The notes beneath the pieces are model-generated. The model worked only from the letters and a program-made list of their open reading frames with translations. It made no database searches and was not told the DNA's origin. The position numbers were made by a program, and so were the translations under genes. Of a DNA stretch of 45,402 nt, positions 7,560-17,158 are shown piece after piece. Source of the stretch: Candidatus Omnitrophota bacterium (GTDB lineage: Bacteria > Omnitrophota > Gorgyraeia > JABMRG01); the NCBI GenBank assembly GCA_013202525.1, contig JABMQS010000118.1:1-45402 (forward strand), in the 5' to 3' direction. Each line of letters starts with the position of its first letter. The stretch's first letter is position 1.

Positions 7560-9645
7560 ACAAAAGTTGCTCGACTGCTGTGGCGACCTCCTCGGGGGAG
7601 ATCTCTTCCATGCACTCTATGTGCGCGCATTTCGCCTTATAGCAGGGCGAGCACTTCATCTCCTTGTGTATAAGCTTATACGCTACGCTGTCTGTCTCGA
7701 TATGCCTTTTAGGATCTGTTGGCCCGAATAACGCGACAAAAGGCACCTTTAAAAAAGCAGCCAGATGCATAGGCGCAGAGTCAGAGGTGACAAAGGCCCC
7801 GCACATCTTTATCAGCGCAGAAAGCTCCATAATGCTCGTCTTTCCTACGCAGTCTATGGGCTTGCTCCGGGTAAGCATGAGCAGTCTCCTGGCCTCTTGC
7901 ATATCATCCTTTGTGCCTGTGATAACCACCCTTATCTTCTTCTGGGCAAGCAGGTCGCATAGTTTAGCAAACTTCTCAGCAGGCCATTTCTTGGTCTGCC
8001 ATCGCTTGCTTGCTGTGCAATTCAACCCCACCAGCACCTGATCTTTGCCAAGCCAGGCCTCAGAAAGCATAGATCTTACATGCTCCATCTCCTCATCCAG
8101 GATCTTGAGCTCAAGGCCTTTGGGCATCATGCTTATACCGAGGAGTTTCAAGAGCCTGAACTGATGAGCTACCGGAGCCATGCCTATGCGCGCACCGCCT
8201 ATGGTTTCATTCATAAGTATGTCGAACTTGCCGCTTTTATACCCTATCCTGCGCGGCACAAGAGACAGAAATGAAAGCAGGTGGCTCTTTTTATTATTCT
8301 GCAGATCGAGCACCATGTCGATCGATGAACGCCTAAGCTCGGAAGCCAGGGCCAGTATCTCCCTGATGGCCTCAACGCCTCTCCTGTTCTGATATATAAA
8401 AAACTCACCCACATAGGGATAGCGGCTTAATATCTGCCTGCCCTGCTTACTGGTAACCAGCGCAATATCGGCTCTGGGAAATTTTGCCTTTATGGCCATA
8501 AGGGCCGGTAGGGAGAGTATTATATCACCCAAGGCGCTCCACTTCAGTATGACTATCTTAAATGAATTCAGGGCCTCCTGGTAGACCTTTATGGTCTTGG
8601 CATACATCTGAGAAAGGCTGAAGTTCTTCTCAACGCTCATCCTGCCTGCCTTTGATAATCTCTGCCTCAAGGCCTCATCCTTCAGGACCTTTATGATAGC
8701 GTCTGAAAGCTCGTTCCAGTCGCGCGGCGCGACCAGTATACCGTTTTCGCCATCCCTTATAATATCGACTATACCGCCTATCTTGCTTGCAATAACCGGT
8801 ACGCCGCATGCCTGCGCCTCAATAATCGCCCTTCCAAACGCCTCCTCGCCTACAGAAGGCATAACGACCAGGTCAAGCTTTGCCATCTGGCGCGGCATAT
8901 CATGCCTACTGCCTAAGAAATGGATATACTTGGATAATGAAAGCCTCCTCACCAGGACCTCAAGCTCCTGCCTGTATTTCGGTTTTGAGGCCGGGGCATC
9001 GCCTATTATCACAAGTTTGACCTTTGGCATCAACCTGACCACCTTTGTCATGGCACGGATAAGGGTAATGTGGCCCTTTATAGGCGTGATGCGCCCGATT
9101 ATGCCTATGGCATACTCTTTCTTCGCAGAGTCCGCACCAGGCGCCCTATACGTAAATCTTTCGAGATCAACGCCCCTGGGTATCAAACGTATCTTTTCGC
9201 GCGCAACCCCAAAATCCTTTATCATATGGCGCGCTATAAGATTGCTTGCCACTATTACATACCTGCCCCAGCCCATGACCCTGCTTAAGATATGGGTGGA
9301 ATAATAGCCATGGCATGTTGTTATAAAAGGAACCTTTGTCTGATATGCCGCAAAAAACGATGAGATAGCAGGCACCCTGCTCCTTGCGTGCACTATCTGG
9401 ATATTCTCCTTTTCTATTATCACCCTTATCTTCTTTATCGTGCTGAATACCGTTATGGGAGACTTTTCATGCACAGGCAGACAATAATGAATAGCTCCTG
9501 AGGCCGTCAGGTCCTTGACGAGCTTTCCACCGTTTGAGATCACCACTGCCTTATGGCCCTGCTTAATAAGCTCTCTGGCCAGGTCAACAGTCCCGGTCTC
9601 AACACCGCCGCTCTTTAATTCTGGTAGTATCTGGAGAATGTTCAT
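7498..9645 (-). CDS. Fused GT4 glycosyltransferase / GT9 heptosyltransferase
   Basis: 715 aa. The N-half is GT4 (SGGVETG, EAFGRAIIEAQACG). The C-half from about aa 362 is GT9 (KWSALGDIILSLP, KKWP, SDSAPMHLAA, FGPT, CSPC). Confidence 0.9.
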   Translation of the reverse strand: MNILQILPELKSGGVETGTVDLARELIKQGHKAVVISNGGKLVKDLTASGAIHYCLPVHEKSPITVFSTIKKIRVIIEKENIQIVHARSRVPAISSFFAAYQTKVPFITTCHGYYSTHILSRVMGWGRYVIVASNLIARHMIKDFGVAREKIRLIPRGVDLERFTYRAPGADSAKKEYAIGIIGRITPIKGHITLIRAMTKVVRLMPKVKLVIIGDAPASKPKYRQELEVLVRRLSLSKYIHFLGSRHDMPRQMAKLDLVVMPSVGEEAFGRAIIEAQACGVPVIASKIGGIVDIIRDGENGILVAPRDWNELSDAIIKVLKDEALRQRLSKAGRMSVEKNFSLSQMYAKTIKVYQEALNSFKIVILKWSALGDIILSLPALMAIKAKFPRADIALVTSKQGRQILSRYPYVGEFFIYQNRRGVEAIREILALASELRRSSIDMVLDLQNNKKSHLLSFLSLVPRRIGYKSGKFDILMNETIGGARIGMAPVAHQFRLLKLLGISMMPKGLELKILDEEMEHVRSMLSEAWLGKDQVLVGLNCTASKRWQTKKWPAEKFAKLCDLLAQKKIRVVITGTKDDMQEARRLLMLTRSKPIDCVGKTSIMELSALIKMCGAFVTSDSAPMHLAAFLKVPFVALFGPTDPKRHIETDSVAYKLIHKEMKCSPCYKAKCAHIECMEEISPEEVATAVEQLLSRRLPNQARDVYQPKHEPVP

Positions 9646-9668
9646 TGTTTAGCTTTTCAATTCCACTC

Positions 9669-9736
9669 GGATAGGCGGGGTTTTCTAACCCCGCTTTTCA
9701 TTATTTTTTGGCGGGGCAGGAATGTCCCGCCTATCC
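9669..9736. repeat. Inverted REP-like doublet (GGATAG-hairpin family)
   Basis: GGATAGGCGGGGT-TTTCTA-ACCCCGC ... GGCGGGGC-AGGAAT-GTCCCGCCTATCC; intergenic. Confidence 0.85.
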
Positions 9737-9753
9737 TGCTTACAGCCCTCAGC

Positions 9754-11652
9754 TTAGAAAAGCCCAGCAAGGGCATCCTCTATCCTGCCTGAATCATCCA
9801 ATATATTCTGTTTGGGGCTGTTCTTAAATACATCTGAAATAGCAGAGCAGGTCTCTCCTGTGTTGACCACCTTTACATAATCACCCTCTGCCATGTTTTT
9901 CAGGAAGGCCTCGTGCCTCTTGTCCTGCAGCGCTCTTTGCCTGAATACGATTGTGTAGGCATCCGAAGACGCTGCCTCTGATATCATGGATATGCTCTCC
10001 TGTGAAACCAGGACAATATCGGATAGACCTATTATCCCTTCTACCGCGCCCTCTATATTATCCTCATTGGCAATTATCAAAAGCTTGCAATCAGGATTCC
10101 TGCCCAATCTCATCCTTAACAGTTCTTCTACATCCCCGGGTGTGCGCCTTGATGTAGTAAGGAGTATATCAGCATCATATTCTGAGGCGGCCTTGATAAG
10201 CTCATCCAGCAATGTACCTACAAGATCCTTATCCATCTTGAAGTCCTTTGCAGGGCCGCCTATCAACACGCCTATCACCCTCTTCTTCAAAGTGCCTGTT
10301 ATCTTATTAAGCTCCTGGCTGTTGCCTTGTAGGCTTTCGTGGTTAATAAGGTTTAGGGCGCCGTCTGTAACAACGACATTCTTAAGCTTAACGGGATTAT
10401 CATGCCTTGGCACAATGGCCAGATCAAATCTCTTTATATTGATAAGCGAGGGCTTCATGATCACAACCGACTTTGCGTTGTTCTCCCTGGAGACCAGCAG
10501 GTTCACGCCTGCAGTGGATGAGCCGCAGGATATGACTATATCGGCATAAGTCTTCATCAGCTCCCTGTATGATTCAGGCTCAAGGCTAAAACGCAGCAGC
10601 CCTTTATAAAACTTCCTCCTGAATCTTACATCCAAAATCCTTATCTTCAGATCATCAAGGCCGTTGCCTTTCTTATGCCATATATCACGCAGTTTATACG
10701 CAACCGCCTCTGACTGTCTTAAGTGGCCTGTCCTGGTATCATTCAGGATAAGCACTTCCCTGCTCGGCGTGGATTTCCAGCGCCTGTGCTGCCACAGCCA
10801 CTGGTCAGGATAGGCCTTTATCATCTCCTCTAAGCAGGAGATATACTGCCTGAAGCCCTCCTTGATGATCTCTTCCCTGTCTCCGGACTCAGGAAGCTTT
10901 ATAGGATCAAAGACCTTAAATCGGATATAGGGGCCCTTCTCTCTTGCGGCAAAACCTGGCAGTATGACAGCCCCTGTCTTTAAGGCCATATCCATTACAC
11001 CGGGATTCCAGGAGGCCTTCCTTCCAAACAGATCCACAAGTACACCGTTTTTTCCCGCATCCTGGTCTACGAGCATACCAACTATTCTGTTGGACTTCAA
11101 GGCCCTGAATGCCTCTTTTACTGCCGGGCCTTTTGATATTATCCTGCAGCCGCCCGATTCTCTGTGCTTATCCAGGAGTTCATTGAGCAGATAGGGCTTC
11201 TGCTCCCTTGCGATACCTGTATAAGGAAACCCCTTAAAGGGAAGCGCAATATGCGACATCTCCCAGGTGCCAAAATGGCCTGTTAAGAATATAAATCCTT
11301 TTCCCTTCTTAAGCGCCTCTTCCGCATGATGAAAATCCTCAAATTTTATGCAGCGCGTAATATGTCTCTTATCCAATTTAGGCAGGATCAGTATCTCTAT
11401 AATACCCTGACCGATATTGGCATAGGTCTTTTTTAGTATTGCCTTAAGCTCCTTCAGGCTATGGGTATCCCTGAAGGCTGCCTTAAGATTCGCGTAGGCT
11501 ATCCTTCGGCGCTTTGAGTTAAGGGACATAGACAACAAACCAAGCCGCCTTCCAATAAAGAGCGCCATACCTACCGGCATGAGCCTGAATATAAACCCGA
11601 GCCCTTTAGCCAGGTAATACAGCAGATAATCTCCCAAAGAGACCTTCTTCAT
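9754..11652 (-). CDS. lpxL: Lipid A late acyltransferase (LpxL/HtrB family) fused to an ELM1/GtrOC1-like GT-B domain
   Basis: The N-terminal ~295 aa have GHFGTWE (HxxxxE), LVDQD and PDQWLWQHRRWK. The C-terminal part has GHLRQSEA, VISCG, VPRHD, LIGG, TTSRRTP and ESISMISEAASS, typical of ELM1-family proteins. Confidence 0.85.
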   Translation of the reverse strand: MKKVSLGDYLLYYLAKGLGFIFRLMPVGMALFIGRRLGLLSMSLNSKRRRIAYANLKAAFRDTHSLKELKAILKKTYANIGQGIIEILILPKLDKRHITRCIKFEDFHHAEEALKKGKGFIFLTGHFGTWEMSHIALPFKGFPYTGIAREQKPYLLNELLDKHRESGGCRIISKGPAVKEAFRALKSNRIVGMLVDQDAGKNGVLVDLFGRKASWNPGVMDMALKTGAVILPGFAAREKGPYIRFKVFDPIKLPESGDREEIIKEGFRQYISCLEEMIKAYPDQWLWQHRRWKSTPSREVLILNDTRTGHLRQSEAVAYKLRDIWHKKGNGLDDLKIRILDVRFRRKFYKGLLRFSLEPESYRELMKTYADIVISCGSSTAGVNLLVSRENNAKSVVIMKPSLINIKRFDLAIVPRHDNPVKLKNVVVTDGALNLINHESLQGNSQELNKITGTLKKRVIGVLIGGPAKDFKMDKDLVGTLLDELIKAASEYDADILLTTSRRTPGDVEELLRMRLGRNPDCKLLIIANEDNIEGAVEGIIGLSDIVLVSQESISMISEAASSDAYTIVFRQRALQDKRHEAFLKNMAEGDYVKVVNTGETCSAISDVFKNSPKQNILDDSGRIEDALAGLF

Positions 11653-12637
11653 CCTTCACCTTTAGTTTGATCCTTAGTACCAGGAATTCTAATTTACATG
11701 AATCGGGCACCAGTCTTTTAAGCTTGACCCAGTCCTTCTGTGTCGTAACAACAGTATCTATCTTCTTGTGATTACATACGGATATGATATCATCAAAATC
11801 ATATTCTTTATAATCATGGTGATCCATATAGAGAAGGCTTGATTCTATCTTCACGCCTAAGCATTCAAGGGTTTTAAGGAATGAGGCATTGTCCCCAAGA
11901 CCTGCGACAGCACAGACATTCTTGCCCCTTATTGATTCAAGAGTAATCTCTTTACTCTTATTGCTATAGAATGAGACCGGTTGATGCATAGACTCTAATA
12001 TCTCTATACCTGGCTTGGCCTTCAGGATGACCTTCTTTATCCGAGCCAGCGCATCTCCTGATACAAGATCTGTCTTTGTTATTATAATCAGATCAGCCCG
12101 GAACAGATGCGAAACAGGCTCTCTTAATATACCTGCTGGTATCAGAAGACCTGAACCAAATGGATCAGCGCCATTCACAACCACTATGTCAAGGGCTCTC
12201 TTTATTCTTAAATGCTGAAAGCCATCATCCAGCACAAAGATATCCGGTACTGCTTCCTGCTCTTTTATCCTGGCGTTCTTTACCCTGTCCTTCCCAGCTA
12301 AGACAGATACCCCGGGCATATTCTCAGCAAGGGCCTTGTCTTCATCGCCGCCATATCCGCGCGTCAAAAGACAGACCTTCTTACCCTGCGCCTTAAAATA
12401 CGAGCATATGGCCTCCACCAGCGGCGTCTTACCTGTGCCGCCCCATGTAAGGTTACCGATACTTATTACCGGCACCTTTAGCTGGGCACCCTTAAATATA
12501 CCAAACCCATAGAAAGCCAGGCGCAGATTAATGGCCAGAAGGTAGAATAGAGAGAGAAAGACCAACCCTGCCTTTAGCATTAAACCGAAAGGCCCGGAGG
12601 GCCTTTCGGTAATTATATTATAGAGATATGCTCTCAT
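11606..12637 (-). CDS. lpxK: Tetraacyldisaccharide 4'-kinase
   Basis: SIGNLTWGGTGKTP P-loop, TRGYG, LDDGFQH, PAGILRE and TTQKDWVK. Start moved to the ATG at 12637 because the longer ORF reads through a REP element. Confidence 0.93.
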   Translation of the reverse strand: MRAYLYNIITERPSGPFGLMLKAGLVFLSLFYLLAINLRLAFYGFGIFKGAQLKVPVISIGNLTWGGTGKTPLVEAICSYFKAQGKKVCLLTRGYGGDEDKALAENMPGVSVLAGKDRVKNARIKEQEAVPDIFVLDDGFQHLRIKRALDIVVVNGADPFGSGLLIPAGILREPVSHLFRADLIIITKTDLVSGDALARIKKVILKAKPGIEILESMHQPVSFYSNKSKEITLESIRGKNVCAVAGLGDNASFLKTLECLGVKIESSLLYMDHHDYKEYDFDDIISVCNHKKIDTVVTTQKDWVKLKRLVPDSCKLEFLVLRIKLKVKDEEGLFGRLSAVLPG

Positions 12638-12666
12638 AATGTGCGTTGTAATCCCTGGGTATACTC

Positions 12667-12695
12667 GCCGGGACAGGAATGTCCCGGCTATCCAG
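12667..12695. repeat. Single REP-like unit
   Basis: GCCGGGAC-AGGAAT-GTCCCGGC-TATCCAG; intergenic. Confidence 0.85.
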
Positions 12696-12738
12696 ATGCC
12701 CAAATGTCACGGCTATTCAAAGGGGTGGTTCTTTGCCT

Positions 12739-14250
12739 TTACTCATCGCCTATATAATAACAGAGATTTACAAAGACCCATATTTTGCCTGTCTTAGGAC
12801 CGGCAAATTCCTCCATGGCATAACCGATGATCTTGCATCTCTTGGTAGCCTTCATTGCGACACCCGGGATAGAAGAAGATGTTAAGGGGTCTCCAATAGA
12901 GATTGCTCCATTTTCTACATTCACTTTCGTCGGGACCTGCCCTACCAGTGCAATTGGCTCCCTATCTGGCCTTGCCTTATCTTCTACCGGAGTACCATAT
13001 CCACCAATCACTAAACCCGCTGTATCGAAGCTTGATACTACACCAGTAAGTTTCTTATCATATGGGCCTTTTGTCTTTACAAGTTTCTTATCCGGTCCAA
13101 ACGAAACCAGGTCCCCTGGCTCAAGTTTATCTTCTTCGGCAACATTCATCATCTCAGCAAGATCAGTAGTACTGCCGTAGTAACTACCTCCAGCGTATAA
13201 TGAGCCAACTGCCAAATCTTGATATGCACTGCTATCGCCTCTGGATAAATAACACCAGGTAGTCCCCGTACCATACTTTGGCCACATACCAAGCCTCCAC
13301 CCTCCTGTAACTTGTGAATTATCACTACTGCCTATCCAGCCGGTTGCACCACTAATATCCAGGCCAAAGGCTGGATTTGTATTATTTATACCGACATTGC
13401 CGTCAGGATCAAGTGCGATGGTCGTTGAACCGCTTCTGATACGGAACGTATCTTCCGCACTTGACCCGTAACCTACCCAGGCCATTTCAGAAGCTGCGCT
13501 ATTATAAAAACCTATATACGTATTCATCTCTATCTCGGTTGTCGCATTCATATCATAAAGCGCAATAATGGGAGAAGGACCATATATGTTAAACTCGTGT
13601 GGTGCAGTACCTACGCCAGCGCCGCTGTTTCCGCCTATCGAAACGTTGCCGGTGTCCCCTTCTATCATCATCACATATTTTCCCCATACGCCACCCGCGA
13701 TATCCCCAAAATAGAAATTCCTGTTACCGTGCATACCAAAGAGCAACCCGCCTGCCGGAAAGGTAATGGCAGAGTGAGGTGTGCCGCCAGGAGCGGTATC
13801 ACTGAAGCGTATTGCCTCTCTCCAGCCACCGGCAGTCACAGGGCTATTTACGGCATCTATATCTAATGTTGCACCGGGAGTCGTTGTGCCAATACCAACA
13901 TAGCTCAAGGGGCTGCCTTCTGCGTTTATCACAAGGGGTCGATAATTGACCCCAGTCTGATATGCCCTTATAAAACCCGCGTCTATATTGACATCATATC
14001 CGATCTGCACATGACCATCCGGATTTGTAGTGTGGGTATCGTTTATAACGTGCAGGCCGCCGGCTTCACTATTGAAGGTGGCCAAGCCAATAACATTGAG
14101 TTCTGAAGCATTGAGCTCATCATAATCACCGTATGGAGCCGGATAGTAGGTGGAAAGTGTTACCTCTTCCGCGGCATACGCGTTCGCGGGAAAGATACCC
14201 AACGCGGCCACCCCTGTTAAAATGGTTAACACTAAAAGCCCTTTGCACAT
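12739..14250 (-). CDS. Secreted tail-fibre-like protein A (STYYPAPYG N-terminus; DxAE-type intramolecular-chaperone-like C-terminus)
   Basis: AGGAGG RBS and a signal peptide ending AYA. EEVTLSTYYPAPYGDY follows, then repeated (G)xV(G/S)IG junction motifs. The C-terminus reads DLAE..LEPGDLV..GVVS..IALVGQVPTKV..IGDPLTSS..GVAMKA..IIGYAME. Confidence 0.75.
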   Translation of the reverse strand: MCKGLLVLTILTGVAALGIFPANAYAAEEVTLSTYYPAPYGDYDELNASELNVIGLATFNSEAGGLHVINDTHTTNPDGHVQIGYDVNIDAGFIRAYQTGVNYRPLVINAEGSPLSYVGIGTTTPGATLDIDAVNSPVTAGGWREAIRFSDTAPGGTPHSAITFPAGGLLFGMHGNRNFYFGDIAGGVWGKYVMMIEGDTGNVSIGGNSGAGVGTAPHEFNIYGPSPIIALYDMNATTEIEMNTYIGFYNSAASEMAWVGYGSSAEDTFRIRSGSTTIALDPDGNVGINNTNPAFGLDISGATGWIGSSDNSQVTGGWRLGMWPKYGTGTTWCYLSRGDSSAYQDLAVGSLYAGGSYYGSTTDLAEMMNVAEEDKLEPGDLVSFGPDKKLVKTKGPYDKKLTGVVSSFDTAGLVIGGYGTPVEDKARPDREPIALVGQVPTKVNVENGAISIGDPLTSSSIPGVAMKATKRCKIIGYAMEEFAGPKTGKIWVFVNLCYYIGDE

Positions 14251-14316
14251 CTTACACCTCCTTTTTTTGTGGAATATTCTATTACGCCTTTTTTGCCTTA
14301 TGGCTTAATCCCGTAA

Positions 14317-15846
14317 TCAAATATTCGATTCCTGTGCAGCCGGTCGGCTAGGCGGCATATCTTGTTTCTTCACCTGATATTCCACGCCGAACTTGTCAAA
14401 ACCATCTCTTGCTGTCTTGTCTTTTCTCGTGCCTACTGCCAGCACATTATAACTACCATCTCTCTCAGCCTTGATATAAATTTTTGCCATAGCTTTATCG
14501 GTCTCGGCATATGCCCTACCAAAATGCCTCACAGGTGAAACCCAGAGTTGCACATTTTCATTGAGATGTTTAAAATAGCCTGGCAATATAATATCTGCCT
14601 GACCATCCTTTACATCAACCTGCCACCTATAGATATTGTCCCCTCTCGTCGGGCTCTCAACAAAACAGTGCTTCAAACGCCAGCCTTCTTTCTCTTTAGC
14701 TGGATCGGGATGAGCAATATCAAAACTCCCGGAGCCTTTGGTAAGCGCTCCGTAGCCTGATGACCCATTACCTATGTGAGTACCTAAGGTTCCGCCGTAC
14801 CAATTAATATATGTAGCGTATCCTCCGACTCGAGAATCAAGATGCAGATTGCCATTTGATACACCATATGTAGCGTCATCGGCTCCTAGCATACCTTGTG
14901 ATTGGCCCCCTACTAACAGATTAGCACTATAAGTTGAATTGGGCCCAAAAATCATCATTCTATCATTTGCCACATGCAACGCCTGTTGCGGACTTGTTAT
15001 ACCAATACCTACACGGCCGTTATCTTGTATAGTCATTAAGGTACCAGCACTTCCTACATTATACGCTGCTCCTACTGATTCTTGAGCACGGCCGAAGTGG
15101 AGTTTCCATCCTGTATTATCACCAAAACGAATTACGCCAGCATCAGGTGAACCTGTAGAGCCATCCAAAGATATACCAGCAACAGGACCTCCAACATCCA
15201 GTTGATATGCTGGATACGCCCCCCCGATACTAACGTTGCCAGTATCTGCTTCTATAATCATTACATATTTTTGCATCGTGCCACCCATCATATCCCCAAA
15301 ATAGAAATTCCTGTTACCGTGCATACCGAAGAGCAATCCTCCTGCCGGAAAGGTAATGGCAGAGTGAGGATTCGTGCCGGCAGGAGCGGTATCACTAAAA
15401 CGTATTGCCTCTCTCCAGCCACCGGCAGTCACAGGGCTGTCTAGGGCATTTATGTCTAATGTTGCACCAGGAACTGTCGTCCCAATGCCAACACGGCTCA
15501 AGGAGGTGCCTTGCGCGTTTATCACAAGGGGTCGATCACCGACACCAGTCTGATATGTCCTTATAAAACCTGCGTCTATATTGACATCATATCCGATCTG
15601 CACATGCCCGTCCGGGGTCGGGTCTGCAGCGGTATCGTTTATAACGTGCAGGCCGCCGGGCTCATTATTGTAGGTGGCCAAGCCAATAACATTAAGTTCT
15701 AAAGCATTGAGCTCATCATAATCACCATATGGCGCCGGATAGTAGGTGGAGAGTGTTACCTCTTCCGCGGCATACGAATTCGCGGAAAAGATACCCAGCG
15801 CAACTACCCCTGTTAAAATGGTTAACACTAAAAACCTTTTGTACAT
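14317..15846 (-). CDS. Secreted tail-fibre-like protein B (paralogue of A with a different tip and C-terminal domain)
   Basis: Start moved to the ATG at 15846 (MYKRFL) by alignment with paralogue A. Same signal peptide and STYYPAPYG region, with GNVSIG and GRVGIG motifs. The C-terminus reads GSGSFDIAHPDP..LKHCFVESP..LPGYFKHLN..GTRKD. Confidence 0.75.
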   Translation of the reverse strand: MYKRFLVLTILTGVVALGIFSANSYAAEEVTLSTYYPAPYGDYDELNALELNVIGLATYNNEPGGLHVINDTAADPTPDGHVQIGYDVNIDAGFIRTYQTGVGDRPLVINAQGTSLSRVGIGTTVPGATLDINALDSPVTAGGWREAIRFSDTAPAGTNPHSAITFPAGGLLFGMHGNRNFYFGDMMGGTMQKYVMIIEADTGNVSIGGAYPAYQLDVGGPVAGISLDGSTGSPDAGVIRFGDNTGWKLHFGRAQESVGAAYNVGSAGTLMTIQDNGRVGIGITSPQQALHVANDRMMIFGPNSTYSANLLVGGQSQGMLGADDATYGVSNGNLHLDSRVGGYATYINWYGGTLGTHIGNGSSGYGALTKGSGSFDIAHPDPAKEKEGWRLKHCFVESPTRGDNIYRWQVDVKDGQADIILPGYFKHLNENVQLWVSPVRHFGRAYAETDKAMAKIYIKAERDGSYNVLAVGTRKDKTARDGFDKFGVEYQVKKQDMPPSRPAAQESNI

Positions 15847-15862
15847 TTTGCGCTTCCTTTTT

Positions 15863-17137
15863 TTATGCTGCGTGTAAATTCTCAATGCCCGCTAAGGTCA
15901 GATCTGATGCGCCCTTATTTGCAGCAACCAATTCCTTTGCGTTCTCACCTAATCTATTGCACAATTCTGTGTCTTCCAAGAGGCGGGTGAGGGCCTCTTT
16001 GAAAGAACCATTATCCTTAACCATTATCGCGGCATCTTTGCTCAAGAAAACAGATGCTATATCACGGAAATTAAAGGTGTGCGGCCCGAATACTATCGGC
16101 CTTGCGAATACGGCCGGCTCTATCATATTCTGTCCGCCCCTTTTTACGAGACTGCCGCCTACAAAGACTATATCAGCGACACTGTAGAACTTCTTAAGTC
16201 CTCCTATAGTGTCGAGAAGGAATATCTCGCCGTGCGTTGATTGAATTATTTTAGAAACACATATTGGCACAAGACCGTGGTTCTGTACTATCTTCTCAAC
16301 TTCGGCGGTGCGTTCAATATGCCGTGGAGCTACTAAGAGCTTTAGGTTTTTATGTCTATCTTTCAGATTTGCGTAACAAGAAATGATGATCTCCTCTTCG
16401 CCGGGATGTGTACTGCCACAGACAAGAAGCTTATCGCTCATCCCTAAGCCTAAAAGGTTTCTTAAATCATGCCTTTCTTCATCAGATGCTGTAACAGGCA
16501 CAGCATTGTCGAACTTCATATTGCCTGAAACCTTTACTTTAGATGGGTCTGCCCCTAATGAGATGATCTTTTCTCTGTCTGACTCAGTCTGCATAAAAAA
16601 GGCCGTTATCTTCCTCAATACAGGCCTTAGCATAACCCTCACAAGGCTATAGCGCCTAAAAGAACCCTCTGAAATCCTGCCATTTACCAATACCATCGGA
16701 ACCTCGCTCCTGCGCGCCTGCCTTATCAGATTAGGCCATATCTCCGTCTCTGTAATAATGAGCATAGACGGCCTGATATGCGATATCACCCTTTTGACTA
16801 TTAAACTTATGTCAAAGGGCAGAAAAAGGACTATCTCATCGCCCTTTGCCTTGGCCTTTGCAACAGCATTTCCTGTCTCAGTTACAGTGGTTATGACTAT
16901 GCGTTTATCGGGAAAACGGTGGCGCAGACGCTCAATAAGGGGTGATACTGCCATGACCTCACCCACGCTTACCGCATGGACCCAGATATTTTCACGCCCC
17001 TTTAATGCCGTGAGCAGCTCCTCAGGATACATCCCAAGGCGCAGGTTCAAGCCCTGCCTCTTTTTTCCTTTAAAAAGAAAGACAGGTATATAAAGAAGAG
17101 CAAATATGATAAAGATCAGATCGTATATTATTCCCAT
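15863..17137 (-). CDS. waaA: Kdo transferase
   Basis: WVHAVSVGE, LPFD, ETEIWPN, NGRIS, GNMKFD, GSTHPGEE, APRHIER and GGQNMIEPA. Confidence 0.95.
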   Translation of the reverse strand: MGIIYDLIFIIFALLYIPVFLFKGKKRQGLNLRLGMYPEELLTALKGRENIWVHAVSVGEVMAVSPLIERLRHRFPDKRIVITTVTETGNAVAKAKAKGDEIVLFLPFDISLIVKRVISHIRPSMLIITETEIWPNLIRQARRSEVPMVLVNGRISEGSFRRYSLVRVMLRPVLRKITAFFMQTESDREKIISLGADPSKVKVSGNMKFDNAVPVTASDEERHDLRNLLGLGMSDKLLVCGSTHPGEEEIIISCYANLKDRHKNLKLLVAPRHIERTAEVEKIVQNHGLVPICVSKIIQSTHGEIFLLDTIGGLKKFYSVADIVFVGGSLVKRGGQNMIEPAVFARPIVFGPHTFNFRDIASVFLSKDAAIMVKDNGSFKEALTRLLEDTELCNRLGENAKELVAANKGASDLTLAGIENLHAA

Positions 17138-17158
17138 ATAGATTTATCTTCTCTAAAA

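Noticed and set aside
7424-7630. 68-aa minus-strand ORF
   Set aside because: It is an alternative frame of the GT4-GT9 3' end plus repeat sequence.
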